This document shows positions 37,270 to 50,877 of a stretch of DNA of 64,000 nucleotides, piece by piece. Each line of letters begins with the position of its first letter. Within the stretch, counting starts at the first letter, position 1. The stretch is from positions 2,976,001-3,040,000 of the forward strand of contig CM102289.1 in assembly GCA_046563655.1 (NCBI GenBank). Direction: 5' to 3'. Under the pieces are notes generated by a model. That model made no database searches and was not told the DNA's origin. It worked only from the letters and a program-made list of their open reading frames with translations. The stretch comes from Yuukianura sp. NJ FZ-2021 (Eukaryota). The position numbers were made by a program, and so were the translations under genes.

Positions 37270-40200
37270 TCAAGTAAAAATTTTGTTCTTTTTGGATTTT
37301 TCGTGTTCCTGTTTTACGGAATTCAACAAGCGTCGTCGAAATAACTCTTGTGGTGAAAAGGAATTTATAGCTTCAATTCCCGGTAGGTTTTTAAGAGTTT
37401 TCTTACTGTAGTCCCTGTGAAGAGCTCGGTTCCATTCGTTGCCCAAAGAATGAAACGCAAACACATTTGATTGTCCAGTCTCTGCATCTGCGTAGATTGG
37501 AAATAACGGTCTCATTAAATCATCATCCAAGTCTTCAAATGCAGCGTCCCTCCACTCCGTAAATTCAACGACTTCAAATTCAATGCCCAACTCCGCCCCA
37601 ATTTCTTTTGCGTCTTGCTGAGTAATTTCTTTGACGTTGATGAGATTGTACACACCAGTTTCACTTTCGCTGTTACAGAAAATTTCGGCGCAAATACGCG
37701 CACAAATATTGACAGGGAATACCGGAATTCCTCCAGAATGAACAAGGTTTGGAAATTTCCTTAATCTGATACAAGTTGAAATCAGGGTCCAGACGTGATC
37801 GAATCCTCTATTGGGTATTCCCGTGACGGAACTCGCATACAAAAATGGAATTCGTAAAAGCGTGACTGGAAGTCCGGCTTCAGCAGCTTGTTGCAGCAAT
37901 GCCTCACAAATGCTTTTGGACTGAAGATACCCATTTTGTATTTTTTCAAAGGAATTCAGTGGTAGCCAACGTTCTGGGATGGTCCCGTCTGCATCCAGTT
38001 CCGTCACACATAACAAAGCCGATGGATAAATGATATGTTTAAGTCGTCCATCCGTACAGAATCTGAGGATGCGCAGAAGGCCCTTGACATTGACAGATCT
38101 CATGTCATACCCAGAACCGTCATAGTAACTCTCAATATGATTGACCTTTGCACCACAATGGACAACTGCGTCAACTTGTTGAGTTAACAAATCGTATTTT
38201 TCCTGCGGCAATCCAAGCAGGTCATGACAAACGTCTCCAGCAATCACAGAAATTTGGTTAAAGTTGACCTCTCCCAAGAGGTCATAATATGCCAGAGTTT
38301 TCTGAAGAATATCTCGTGCAGTTTCATCAGAAGCTGCTCGAACCAAACAAAATATGTTGATTTCCTTATCCATTTTCTGAATTTCTGGAAGAACGTGCGC
38401 GCCAAAGTGACCAGTCCCGCCGGTCAGCAATATTGATTTAAAATCTCTCTTGACTACGGTTTGCGCGGAGACAATTGCAAAATTTTCTCTCATTTCGCAC
38501 GGTAAAATTGAGTCCGATTTCAAAACTTCACTCTGGTCCAGCTGAGCAGTTGTCTGCGGATCCTGGTCAGTCGCTAGAACTCGGGCCAAATATGACGATA
38601 ATTTTCGAATAGTTCGATTCTCCTGAATTGCACTGATTGGCAGGTTACGAGCGGTTAATTTTTCTAAACGTGTTTTCATTTCCATCGCCATCAGAGAATC
38701 CACTCCCATTTCGCTCAGTGGCTGATCAATGTCCAGAACTTCGTCTTTTGGAAGCCTCAATGTTTCTTTGATAATGGACTCGAGGAACGCCTGAAGTTTT
38801 TCTTGTCGTAGACTTGGGTCACAACCTTTGATGAGCTCAATTTCCTTTTGCATTTCTGCTAATCTGTCTACATCTTCTTTTTGAATTTCCACTTCATCCC
38901 AGTAATGATGACCCAAGGAAAAAAAAGTTTTCATTATTTTCCAACCGCGCGTTGGAACGAATCCTATTTGGGGCATCTCAGTATTCATCATTTGTTCTAG
39001 TGCCATCAAACCCTCGGAAACTGGAAAGCCTTTGAGCCCAACTCTGTTTTCTTGATCGTTCGTGATCCCACGTCCTGCTCCAATTCCCTTCCTGATTAAA
39101 AAAAAACGATGTTACCTATTGTGTACGAAAATACGCTTTGACGTTTTTCTCACGCTATTTGCGTTTTTTGTTTTGAATGTTTGGTAGTTTTGCAACAGTT
39201 GAACAACAACCAGAAAAAGTCCATCACTAGTAACATATAACAGAAGCTACATGTGTAACACCCGAGATGGCGTTCTACCCTTGCCAATATTCAAAGTAAC
39301 CTTTTCCTACTTAACAGTTAGATTCAGAAAAAAAAATATTTTGCAGGAAATGCCAGTAAAAAACTACAGGAAGGTGAAAGTTGCATTGAAAGTTATGCTT
39401 CAAAATAAATTTTTACCACAATCCCCAGTTGATGCTCGTTGCAGGAAAGCCCATTGAGTGACGATACCAAGCGAATCCGTCCAAGTACTTGTTTGCAGTT
39501 GTGTGCGGCGCTTGACCGATACTGCCAAACAGTGACGCTCCTGAAGAAAATAAAACGAAAAACTCCAAATCCATGTGGAGGGTGTGCCTATGCAAATTCC
39601 ATGCGCCGTGGGCTTTTGGAGCAATTGAAGCATGCAATGTCTCCCAACTTTGCGTTTCAAATGCCGCGTCGTGGAGTACGCCAGCGGCATGGAAAATTCC
39701 CTTTAGCGGTGGTAAGGTTTCGGACTCTTCAACTGTGCGAAACAGCCTGTCGCAATCTTCTTTGTTTGAAATGTCCAAATTTAAAACCAGTATATTGAAT
39801 CCTTTCGTTCTCAAATCATCAACAACGGCCTGCGCCTGCGTTGAAGCTGCAGTTCTACCCACTAAAACAATGTTTGAAGCTCCCTTGATTGTCATCCATT
39901 TTGTCAATTCAATTCCTATTCCTCCGAGCCCACCAGTAATAAGATACGTAGAATAGGAGTTGAACATCTGATAAGAGTGAAACAGTGAGCCATTCTGCAC
40001 TTCTGTTGTCGGCATCCGCAAAACTACTTTTCCGATTTGTTTAGCTTCTTGAAGGTAGTAAAAAGCAGTCTGAATATTTTCCAAAGAAAAGACTTTACAC
40101 GGTAGTGTTGGAAAGCTGTCTCCGAATTCTTGTTCCATTTTGTGCATGATGTCAGGAAAATCGCCCTGTCCCATAAAATCAAGCCCCACCAGCTCGATAA

Positions 40201-43200
40201 ACTTGTATTCAACGTCTGGACGCTGCTGGCTCACCTCCTCAGTTGTCCAAATGTTCATTTTGGCTAATTCAACAAATCTGCCGTTAAGTGCAGTGGCTGA
40301 AAGAGAGGCTTCCTTGAATCCTGGTCCAGTGAGACAGTTTAGCACAATGTCTACCCCTTGTCCATTTGTGTCATCCAATATTTGTTGTCCAAAGTGAGTG
40401 TTTCTTGAGTTGTAAACATGTGTGATTCCGTAAATTTGTTCCAAAAATCTACGTTTTCGTTTTGATCCAACCGTAGCAAAAATTCGGCCTCCACATTTCT
40501 TTACAAGGTCAATAGCTGCAAGACCCACGCCGCCAGATCCAGCATGAATTAGGACCCGTTCGCCTGGTTGTAATTTTGCAATATGATGCAATGCGTAGTG
40601 TGCGGTCAAATACACGATTGGGCATGCAGCGGCAGACTCAAATGAAATTCCTTTTGGTTTTTTCCACAACCCCAGTTCCGAAGAAACCGTGTGACTCGCG
40701 ATGGCGCCATTGATAGAGACCCCGACAACCTCATCTCCAACTTGATAGCGAGTAACTTTCGTGCCTACTCGTGTAACGACTCCGGAAACATCAAGCCCAA
40801 CATGGTCCAAATGCTCTTTTGGAATTTCAAATTCTTTTGGTTTGAGTACACAAAATATGTCTTTGAAGTTGAGTGCACAGGCTCTAACCGCTACTTCAAC
40901 GTCGTTCTCCCTTAGATCACTAGCCGTGTCCGGATCAATCTTAATATCAGCGAAGTAGCCACTCGCTGGGTTTATAAACCGATACCGTTCGCAGTTCGGA
41001 AGTTTTACTCTGGTACGTTGCGGTATCGAGTCGACAAATCGCAGCACGTACGTCCTTTTACCTCGAAATACCGTCGCTTCCTCGGCCTTTGGACTAAACA
41101 AGGTTGCAAACAGTTGACTTCCTTCGTCTTCCGCTTCCACTTGTCCAAAGTCTATGAGAAATGGATCGTGTTTTGGATATTCATTGCGAAAGGCCCTCAC
41201 AAGTCCCCACAATGCTGCTTTTTTTGGATTTGGAATTTCGTCATCTCCAATTACAAACGCTCCGCGGGTTACAATTCGAATTTTGGCATGCTTCGCTGTG
41301 TGTGTGTCGGCGTAAGTTTTGAGCAACTGCAGGAGGCTACCGATATATTTTTCTTCTTCACCGGTCAATTCACTGTCGTCATTTCGTGTCCAGAAGAATA
41401 TAATTCCTTCCATATTGCCGTCTAGCAGCACAACTTTTGGAACGCAATCTTCGACACTATATCGTGTCACATTTCTGTTTGACTCTTGAAGCAAGTCGAC
41501 GACACTTGCAGCCAATGAATCTTGGTCCGACACCAATATCCAGTTAGGCTTTGAATATTGTTCACAACTTAGTGCAGTATTATTAGGCAACAACTGCGTG
41601 TTTGATTTGGTAGCTACAACTACCCCGTTGGGGTATGCGGCCTCGATTGTTGTAATATTTTGAAATCCAGTATTTTTCAAAAGTTCCCGCCATTTATCAG
41701 AGGATATGACTGGTGTAACGCTTCCTGCCTCCTTTCTGAAATCGCTGAATCTCCACCAACCTTCCAATAACCCAAATACCAACTCGATATTTTCAATAAT
41801 TCCAAACGACTCAGCAAAAATTAAACGACCCCCAGGTCGCAGAAGCACTCTCAAGTTCTGTAGCGTTTCTACCAAATTTCTCGTTGCATGCAGTACTTGA
41901 CTTGCTAAAATTACATCAAATGATTCTGGCAAATACCCTTGTGGTAGTGGATCTTGCTCAATGTCGAGAGTTTGGAAAACAACTTCAGTGTAGCTTGAAA
42001 ATGTTTTCTTCGCCGTTTCGACAAGAAATGGTGAAATGTCTGTAAACGTGTATTCAAACTGGACGGAGGTCGACTTAAACTGCGAAATTATCATTTGAGT
42101 AATCATACCACTTCCGCCTCCTACCTCTAAAATTTCAAGTGTAATCAAATTCTTTTCGCTGGGACTAATTGGTTGATTATGCTCGTCGGTGTAGTCCGAC
42201 ATCGGCATCACTAAACTATTAACAGTTTGCATCAAACAGTCCATAGCTAGTTCACATTGAAGCCTGTAAGTCAATTCCTCGTTGTAGTATGCAATTGCGC
42301 CAAGTTTCGACGTGTCTGCGGGGAAGTGGTATTCGATGGGTGACATTCTACCACTTAACACAAGTGGTAGTTCGTCGTAGAATTTTTTCAGCCATCGACA
42401 ACTGAATCTTACTTCGTCATGTTTATATGACCTAGCAAGCAGATCTGCGATAGTTGCATCGATATTTGAAGGCGATTCTAGTTGTTTCAGTGCGTAGTAT
42501 CCCGAACCTACCGAAATTGGAACACTTTGAATGTATCCTTCTTTCTGAAGCTTGTACAGATAGTAGTCAACAACTTGTGCTGGAACATTTTCAGGAATTC
42601 GACTTGTCCAATCTTCGCGGTTAAGCACCAATCCCACCTTAAAACAACAATATAGATTACAATTTATTTTGCTGCAAGTATTCACTGTGTATAACGTTTA
42701 AAACCAATTACAAAACCTAACTTCAAACAGCTTGTATATTGTGTATGTTCACGAGTTATCTTATTTTGCTAACCTGATACGGCCAACTACAAAGTTGAAT
42801 TGCGTTAATAATTGACAAAATTCCGAACTTGTGAAAACTCTCATCCGAATGATTGATGTCGTGAACCCGTTGCAGGCCACTCAAAGCTGTTTGCAGTTTG
42901 TCAGATTGTTTTGATACGTTGCAGAAATTTTTGATAACATTCGATGCCTTGGGAGTAAAACTCGGAATTGGGCGCCAAACTTCGGCTGAAAAATTCATAT
43001 TGTTTGGGACTTGATGTTCAATGGAGTTCAACACAGTTTCAGCTGTAGTTTCAATTAGTTCCACTCCCTTTAGCTCAAGTAGTACATTTCCATTTTCGTT
43101 TATCAAAAACACAGCATGGTCGTCGTCGTTCTTATCTGGGAAGCAATAACTGTATAGTGTAGGTGTGAAAGTTTCTGAAAACCACGTGATTTGCTCTATT

Positions 43201-46200
43201 GAAATTGGTAGACATATTTTGTTTTCTCCATCGTTCGAGTTAGTATTTGGATCCACAAAGTATGTTTGAAGTGCTTTTGTCTGAAATAGTGAGTCAATTA
43301 CAACAGGATGACAAATGTAGTCCGACGGATTTGAAATTTCTGAGATACAAATTTCTGCTAAAAATTCGCCAATGTTTGAGGCGTATACGGATTTTATGCT
43401 TTGAAATCTTGGTCCGAATTCTATTCCCCGTGCGGCGATTCCGGAGTAAACACGGCCGATGGCTCCAGATTCTTTTTCTTCTAAGCGCCCCTTGATCTCG
43501 CTAATGTCAAATTGGATTTTACGTGAAACTTTGCACCCTGGTAAAAATTTTGTTGAAATGTTCCTTTTGAATGTTCCATTTTTAAGCTTTTTGAAAATTT
43601 CCAAGTTGTAGGAAACTCCGCGTTCAGTTTCAATTTGCTCGACTGTTGTATGCAGCTCCACGCCAGAAGCTACGTCGAGAGCCGCATCAATCCCAAATTT
43701 TTCTAAGGTTAATGGGCATTTGAGAGTACCGCCTCCTTGTAAAATTTCACGAGCAGCCCCAAATGCAGTTTCTATGAACGCCGCAGCGGGATATACCATT
43801 AGCCCAGCAACTTTATGATCTGCCAAATATGGATAATCTTTTACGTTCACAAGGTTTACGAACGTTCGTACCGAAGCTGGAGTGCAAACTGCAAAACCGA
43901 GCAGTGGGTGCAACTTCTCGTGTTGTGCAGTTCCACCAAAGATGAAGCCGTTCTGTCCATTTTCTTCACTCTCAGCTTCGTCGCTTTGCCCTATCCAGTA
44001 AGATTGTCGCTGAAATTGGTATTTCGGGATGTCAAGATGTTGACGTCTGATGGGTGTTTGACCTCTCCAGTCAATCGTATGGCCTTCTAAATACAGCTTG
44101 ATGAGTGAATTTTGGAATGTTTGACCTGTGGTGTCGGAACGCCGAGCAGAAGGGGCAAGACACAAGTCCGTGAAAGATGTGTCCGCAGCATTTGTCATCG
44201 TGATGCCAAGAAGAACAGGGCTGGGCCCAACTTCAACAAAAGTTTTGAAGTCATCTTGAAGCAAAATTTGAATTGCGCGTGAAAATTGAACTGGGTTGCG
44301 TAAGTGGCGTTTCCAATTGCCAGGACCAAATTCTTCACCAGTTTCTACTACTTTTGCCTCCGTTCCAGAAATGAACTTTAATATTGGTTCCACCTTTGTT
44401 GTTTCAACGATCGATTCCAGTTCAGTTCCAAATGGTTTAAGAACGTCGTCCATTTGTCTTGAGTGAAAGGCGTGTTGTGTTGAAATTCCAACTGCTTCAA
44501 CTCGTTTTTTGATGCAAAATTTCAAAAATTCATTGATGGTTTCTGTTGGCCCAGATACCACGACTTCGCTGTTTGAGTTTACCGCTGCCACATCAATCCA
44601 CTCATTCTGCCGGGAATTTTGAAATTCGGCAATCAGGAGTTTTGTCTGCTGTTCGCTGCTGGTTACAGCTATCATCGATCCTTTCTCCAATTTATCTACC
44701 AAACGACTACGAGCTATGATTAGTTTCAAACCTTGTTCTAATGACAAAACTCCCGCCAAAATCGCTGCCGTAATTTCCCCCAAGCTGTGACCAAGAACTG
44801 CCTCAGGAACAATTCCAAAAGATTTCCAAAGTTGTGTCAAAGCGTATTCCACTGCGACGATTGCTGGTTGGCAATAGAGTGATTGGTTCAAGAGATTTGG
44901 ATTTTCCCACATGACGTCAGTCAGCTTTTTTTGGAGGCAAGCTTCAAATATTTCATTGGCTTCGTTCAGGGCATTTCGAAAAACTTGGAATTTTTCTGCG
45001 AAATGCTTCAACATTCCTGTGTACTGACAACCTTGGCCAGGAAATAGAAAAGCAACTTTTGTGTTGCCATTTGATGCTTTGGCGTAAGACCAATCCTGGG
45101 ACTTTAGTTTTTCCAGAACTTCTTCAACCGATGACGCAGTAAGAGCAATTCGATGCGTTAGTGGAGCACGAGTAACGTTGACAGCATAAGCAAAATCTTG
45201 CAGAGCGATTTTTGTATTGTTTTCCAAAAATTTCACATAGGCCGCAATCAAAGCATTCAAACTTTCTTTAGATTTAGCAGAAATTGTGATGATAAGCGGT
45301 CGATCCGTTGTTCCCAGAGTAGCTGCTTCAGCACGAACCGCTGGAACAGCTTCCTGTAGAATGACATGGACATTAGTCGCGCTCATGCTGAAAGAGCTTA
45401 CCGCGCAGATTCGTTTCTCGGTGGTCCACTCAGTTATTTCCGTTGGAATAATAGCTGGAATTTGATCCAAGTTAATGTATGGATTCAGTTTGTTCAAATT
45501 CAAATGCGGTGGAAGACGTTGCTTTTGCATGCAAAGAATTGCTTTGATGACACTGGCAATTCCAGCGGACGCTTCGCAATGCCCAATATTAGTTTTGACT
45601 GAACTGATGTAAAGCGGGGAGGTTCGTTTTTTTGAATAAACCCGCCGAATAGCTTCCATTTCGATTGGGTCACCTACAATTACACAAAAATAGTTTTGAA
45701 AAGAGCTTGTTTTAAAAACAAAATACGAATCCTGTCAAAAAAAACTTACCAACGGGAGTTCCAGTTCCATGAGCTTCAAGGAATGAAACTTGATCCGGAG
45801 TCACTCCTGCTTTTTCCAGAGCCTTTTCAAAAACCAGGACTTGAGCCTGTGCATTCGGAGTACCAAAACTGCCTCCATTTCCGTCGTTGTTCATTGCACT
45901 GCCTCGAACAATTCCCAAAATGTTGCAACCAGCATTGACTGCCTCATGAAATTTTTTCAAAATCACAACGCCACAACCTTCCGCTCTGAAATTATAGGTT
46001 AAATAATTTGTTGAAAATTGCATTTTTAATACATTATTCTCCATATTCAAACCTATATACTCATTTAATATTTATAATTCTTACCGCACAAATCCATTAG
46101 CAGATTCGTCAAATGTTTTGCACTTGAAATCCTTCGAAAGAACAATGGAGTCTCCCTCCACTTCCATTGAATCTGTAAATGGATTCGCTCCAATAAGAAT

Positions 46201-46988
46201 TAAGTTAACGCCACCCGCAATTGCAAGAGAAGATTCTCCATTCAAAAGGCTTTGACAGGCCAAATGTATTGCGCCAAGCGACGAAGAGCACCCAGATTCA
46301 AGAGCAATTGCTGGGCCTAAGCGACATAAAAATTGAACGAATTAAAATTAGTAAATAAAATTACAAATTAAAAAGGTTAAAAAAAACTAATTAAAACATT
46401 ATAAATAAAACTTTTTTGTGTACCGTGGAGACCAAGGTAGTAGGACACTCGTGATGCAGTTGCGCTGAAAGCATTTCCGAAGTAGCGGTGGAACAGATCA
46501 TTCGCATCCCGCGTCGTTGTGTGCAGAATTCTGTCGTAATCTGGTTGCCAGATTCCTGTAAAAACTCCCGTAGACGTTCCTCTTAGTTCGTGAGCGTTGA
46601 TTCCTGCATCTTCCAAGCTTTCCCATGCCACTTCCAGAAGAAGCCTCTGCTGAGGATCAATCAACGGAGCCTCTCTCGGGCTAATTCCAAAAAAATTTGC
46701 ATCGAATTCATCCACGCGGCATTTCAAAAATCCCGCCTTGATGTCCGATTCCAATCCAAATCGATTTTTGGCTTCCCGCACTCTTTCTTCCGGAAATGGC
46801 CGAATGGCATCCTCACCAGAGCAAAGCACTTCCCAAAATTCTTGTGGGTTGTTTGCACCCGGAAATCTACAGCTCATTCCTACTACTGCAATTGCATCTC
46901 TCAGCACGTCTTGCTCGACAATTGCGTTGTCTATGACATTGCTATTGGGCAGCATGCCAGTACCAGAAACAGCATTCCAAGAACCCAT
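37270..46988 (-). CDS. Highly reducing type I polyketide synthase: KS-AT-DH-cMT-ER-KR-ACP-thioester reductase (~3000 aa, ~6 exons)
   Basis: KS 'DPQQRLLLE', 'ESGCSSS', 'HGTGT', 'NIGH'. AT 'GHSLG' and 'HAFHS'. DH 'HKVAG..VYP'. MT 'LEVGGGSG' and 'VLHAT'. ER 'LIHAGSGGVG'. KR 'ITGGLGGIG'. ACP 'GVDSL'. R domain 'LTGGTGHFG' and 'GYLQSK'. GT-AG introns present. Confidence 0.95.
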
Positions 46989-49626
46989 TTCGCCTACTTG
47001 AAAGAGAGTTGAAAACTTGAATCAAACAAAATTCAATTTTAAAAATTTAGGTTTGAAAAAAAAATGATGTCTGATGTGTGATGTTTGAAAACTTGATATT
47101 TTAAAAACGCTGTGTTTGCCCGTACGTTGATCTTCTACAAATCAAAGGTTTAAAAGTATCCGTTAAGAACTGAGAGTTTTGGGTGGGCAGGCGCAGATTT
47201 TATACAAAACGATTCTGTTTGCAACCACCAACAATAAAAATTATTCGCACGATTAAGATAATTTTAATTATGAAAACTGGATTTCCTATTTAGAAGGACT
47301 TCGAGCACTCACAGAGTATGTATTTATTACATTTTTTTGCTGTAATTACGAAAAATGTTTTTCTGGGAATCCAGAGTTTACATCTTTTCCAGTGGTTCTA
47401 GTTTCTGAAATTTTTAAATGGATTATTATTACACCACATGTTTTAAAGAGTGTAGCCTTATTTTTTGAAATTACAATATTTTACTTTATTTTGTAATTTG
47501 AATGTATGCGAATTCTTTACGGATATCGTTTTACCGATGCATAACCTAAATTGACGGCCGAACATAAGAAAAAACAAAATACGAAATTCCAAGCTATTAT
47601 GTCTTATGTCTCACGACTAGTGACTTCATGAATTTTTGCTAATTTTTATCAATCTAAGTGTTTCAGCTGGAGACTGACAACAAACGGGCGAGACTAATTT
47701 GTATACTACGAATCCACCCACGTACTCGTCGTATTCTCAAAGGTTGTACTTAAGTGTTTCCATATACTATGGCAACAACTCCTGCAACTTGAAAAGTTAG
47801 TAACGGATTCAACTTGTTTAATAGCGTAGGTCATTTAAATGCAGATTGGAAGTACAAAATGTGGTAGAAGAGGATAGCATACTGATCGTTTAAGCAACAT
47901 ACGATAGAGTTTAGTTGTGTCTAGGAAATATGCTGCTTTGGATTTGCTCCATTTTCACAGATTCCAGTATACATCATATGCTTTTTGGATTGCAATTAGC
48001 ATAAGTTACATGGCCATGGAAGGAATCGGTTTGGCTTAGAAGCTTTACTAAATATGGTTAATGCTGCTGTGATGCTAAGATCAAACTGGAACGACGCTAC
48101 AGAAAGTATTGACGCTTTATGCTTTAGAATTTATGATAAAACATATGAAGGTTAACGGGCATTCGAAGGTGATGGGAATGGGAAATAATAATTGCGCAAA
48201 ACAAGGAAAATTTTCAACAACACAATTAGCAATATATTGTACATGTTTTGGTCAACGTTTCCAAGTTTTCACATACTTGCGGATGTTTATTCGACGAAGG
48301 TTGTAGAAAATTAGTAGAAGCCGGATTCGAGAAAATGATAACTTTTTATTATTATTAACTTTCACACGGTTTACCTCTGAATTAAATGTTTCCCGCACAA
48401 TTTTTCACAAATGATAAAGCAATAACCTGTCAAGTCTTTTATAGAAAAGAAAATGATAATAAAGTATTATACTCTATTATAATTAGTACAATCAATTAAC
48501 TTTAAATCGAGTCATTATACCTTTTCAATTCAACATTTGCAATGTACGGCAAACCTTGTGAGGGGAAGAAGGGGTTAACCGAAGATGGTTCATTTTTTGT
48601 TTTCAGTATTTTTTTTTTTGGTTTCGAATGTATTAATAGTTAGTAGTGTTTTTTGGAATCGAATTTAAAAATTTGGAGTTTTAGGATATTATTTTTGTAG
48701 AAAAATTTTCCGAAAATGAAGTACGTGGTTTCCACTTTAGAGTTACTTTTCAAATTTTTATGAAACTGAACATTCCATATACACAGGTTACGACATTCTC
48801 CCATGTATTTTTTTTTGCACTCAAATCGAATATGTTTTCCAAATTCTGTTTTCCCCAAATTTGTACGTTTGGAATTAGATGTATTAATACATTGAACTAA
48901 CGAGTGTAATTTCCCAAAATATAAGTTCAAGGATGTTGTTAAGAGTTTAAGAGATGTTTTATTCCATTATAATAAGAAACAACGTATGAGAAAAAAAACA
49001 ACTTACAATACGTAACCATAAAATTTATTATTTAACGTGGAAAAACAAAAACAAATTTATTAATTTATTTTCTAACCAAAATTAATGATTAGAAAAACAG
49101 AAAACAAATACTTTTGTTGAAGCTATTGATGGGAGCAACTGATTTCAACTTTTTTTCTCATTTATTTAGCGTAGCGTAGTTTCATTCATTGTGTTTAATT
49201 TCACGGAGAATATTGCGGAAAATTTGTTGGTGAAGGAGGTTACTACAAATCAGAAAGCAGAACTCATTTCTCACGCACTAAAATGCCAATTTTAGTCTTC
49301 TGGAAACGAATATCTATGATTTGCAGAAGAAGACTATTACTACGGCTTCGTCCGTCTGCATGCCACATTTGTTTGGACTTGTTGAACTCAAACATCAGCC
49401 AATTCCCTAGACAAACAGCCCCCTTCCCATGGCGGTATGTGTACATTACGGTGAAGAGCGCACTTTCACAAAGTAAAGCAGGGCCGTCATTTTTCAATAC
49501 AACGCACTTTCTAACAAATTGCATAAAAATGAACTAAGTTTTGAACCGTTCTGACATTGGGTCTGACGCCGCTGTTAAATTGAAACAGAGCAAACTCTTC
49601 AGCGTGACCCTTCAATAGGTATTACC

Positions 49627-49913
49627 CAAGCTGGGTGAACAAGAGGTTAAGCATTAACTCGGTTTTTATATTTCTACACCCAAAATTTCAAAAATGAAAA
49701 GTCATCACGACTGGTCTCGTTTCCTTGGAAATTTTAAATAACTTAATTTTATGGTTTACCTTCCAACTTAAATTTGGTGCAAAATTTCAAACTTTTTACT
49801 AAAAAAAAGATCAACAAGTTCAGAGTAAAAAGTTGTTTGCTGCGACATTTTTGGAAAACAGGACTTATTGCTTAACCTCTTAAAGCATCACAATGGTTGC
49901 TATAGCAACCTTG
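49627..49913. mobile_element. Second copy of the CAAG...CTTG MITE family seen at 19939-20221
   Basis: Colinear similarity along its length (gaacaagaggtt..., ctcgtttccttggaaatttt, catttttggaaaac.ggacttattgc.taacctcttaaa, gcaaccttg). Degenerate GGTATT-containing flanks. Confidence 0.8.
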
Positions 49914-50877
49914 GGTATTGTCCATACAGTGTATAGCTGGATTCAAATTTTTGTTTTTAAAATTTTTGACTTGTATTAGCAAGGTGCACGTACAACCCTG
50001 CACATTGGGCACTAAACTTAACAAATTGTGCCTTTGCCTCAACCTTTAGCCTCAGCGTCACCTAAAATTTAGTGCATTCAGTCCCCTGCTTGCTTTCGCT
50101 GGATATTATTATTTGTGCATAATTGTGCATACATGTACTTACATGTTGAGCAACGAGTACGCGCTGACAACTATGTGCAGCTGTTTCTAAAATTGCTGTT
50201 CATACTTTTGGACCAATATGTACACCTTTGGGACAATTCTGAATTGTGATCAACTTTCAATACTTCGAACCTGTACGGTTCAGCACTAAAAACTCCACCA
50301 GATTATTGCAGATATCTCGAGCCCGACAGCTAGAACATGATTTTTGTTTAATTCTTGCACACAAACTATGCCGGCAATTCTACACTGCAAATTTTGCGCG
50401 GCATTTGAAGTAATATGTAAATTGCCAATTCAAGGTAATGCAGAAAGACAATCGGAACCCTCTAATTTTCTACTCTTTCGAAACACCTATCCAAGAACCC
50501 TTGAGCATACCCATGCATACCAGCCGTACCTTGTTTTTTTTTCATATAATTATGCAAAACCGTAGTAGTAAGAAATTACTTCCATACATCATGATTTACT
50601 TTTTCGTCGTAACTTTTAGGGACGCCATAACAACACTCTAATTGCAAAACATCCATCTTGAAAAAGAATGATACCATCTTCGCCAACCTTGAATAAATAA
50701 TTCTATACCAACGCTTATGCCAATTCAGTTTGCTCAGTTGAGCTTATTTGTTTAACACAGTACATGACTGGGTTTATTCTGGGTAGCAAGTATTACAAAA
50801 CAAGGAGCTGTAAAAAAAAATCCGCTATTATACTTTACTTTTACTCTCACTTTCCAATAACTTTTTTCCGAATTGCA

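Noticed and set aside
37270..46988. PKS as bacterial contamination or ordinary fatty acid synthase
   Set aside because: It has GT-AG introns and animal neighbours, and its intact-looking MT and terminal reductase differ from FAS.
47640..49560. ORFs and coding-like patches between the PKS and the acyltransferase
   Set aside because: Short, stop-interrupted, with no recognisable motifs.
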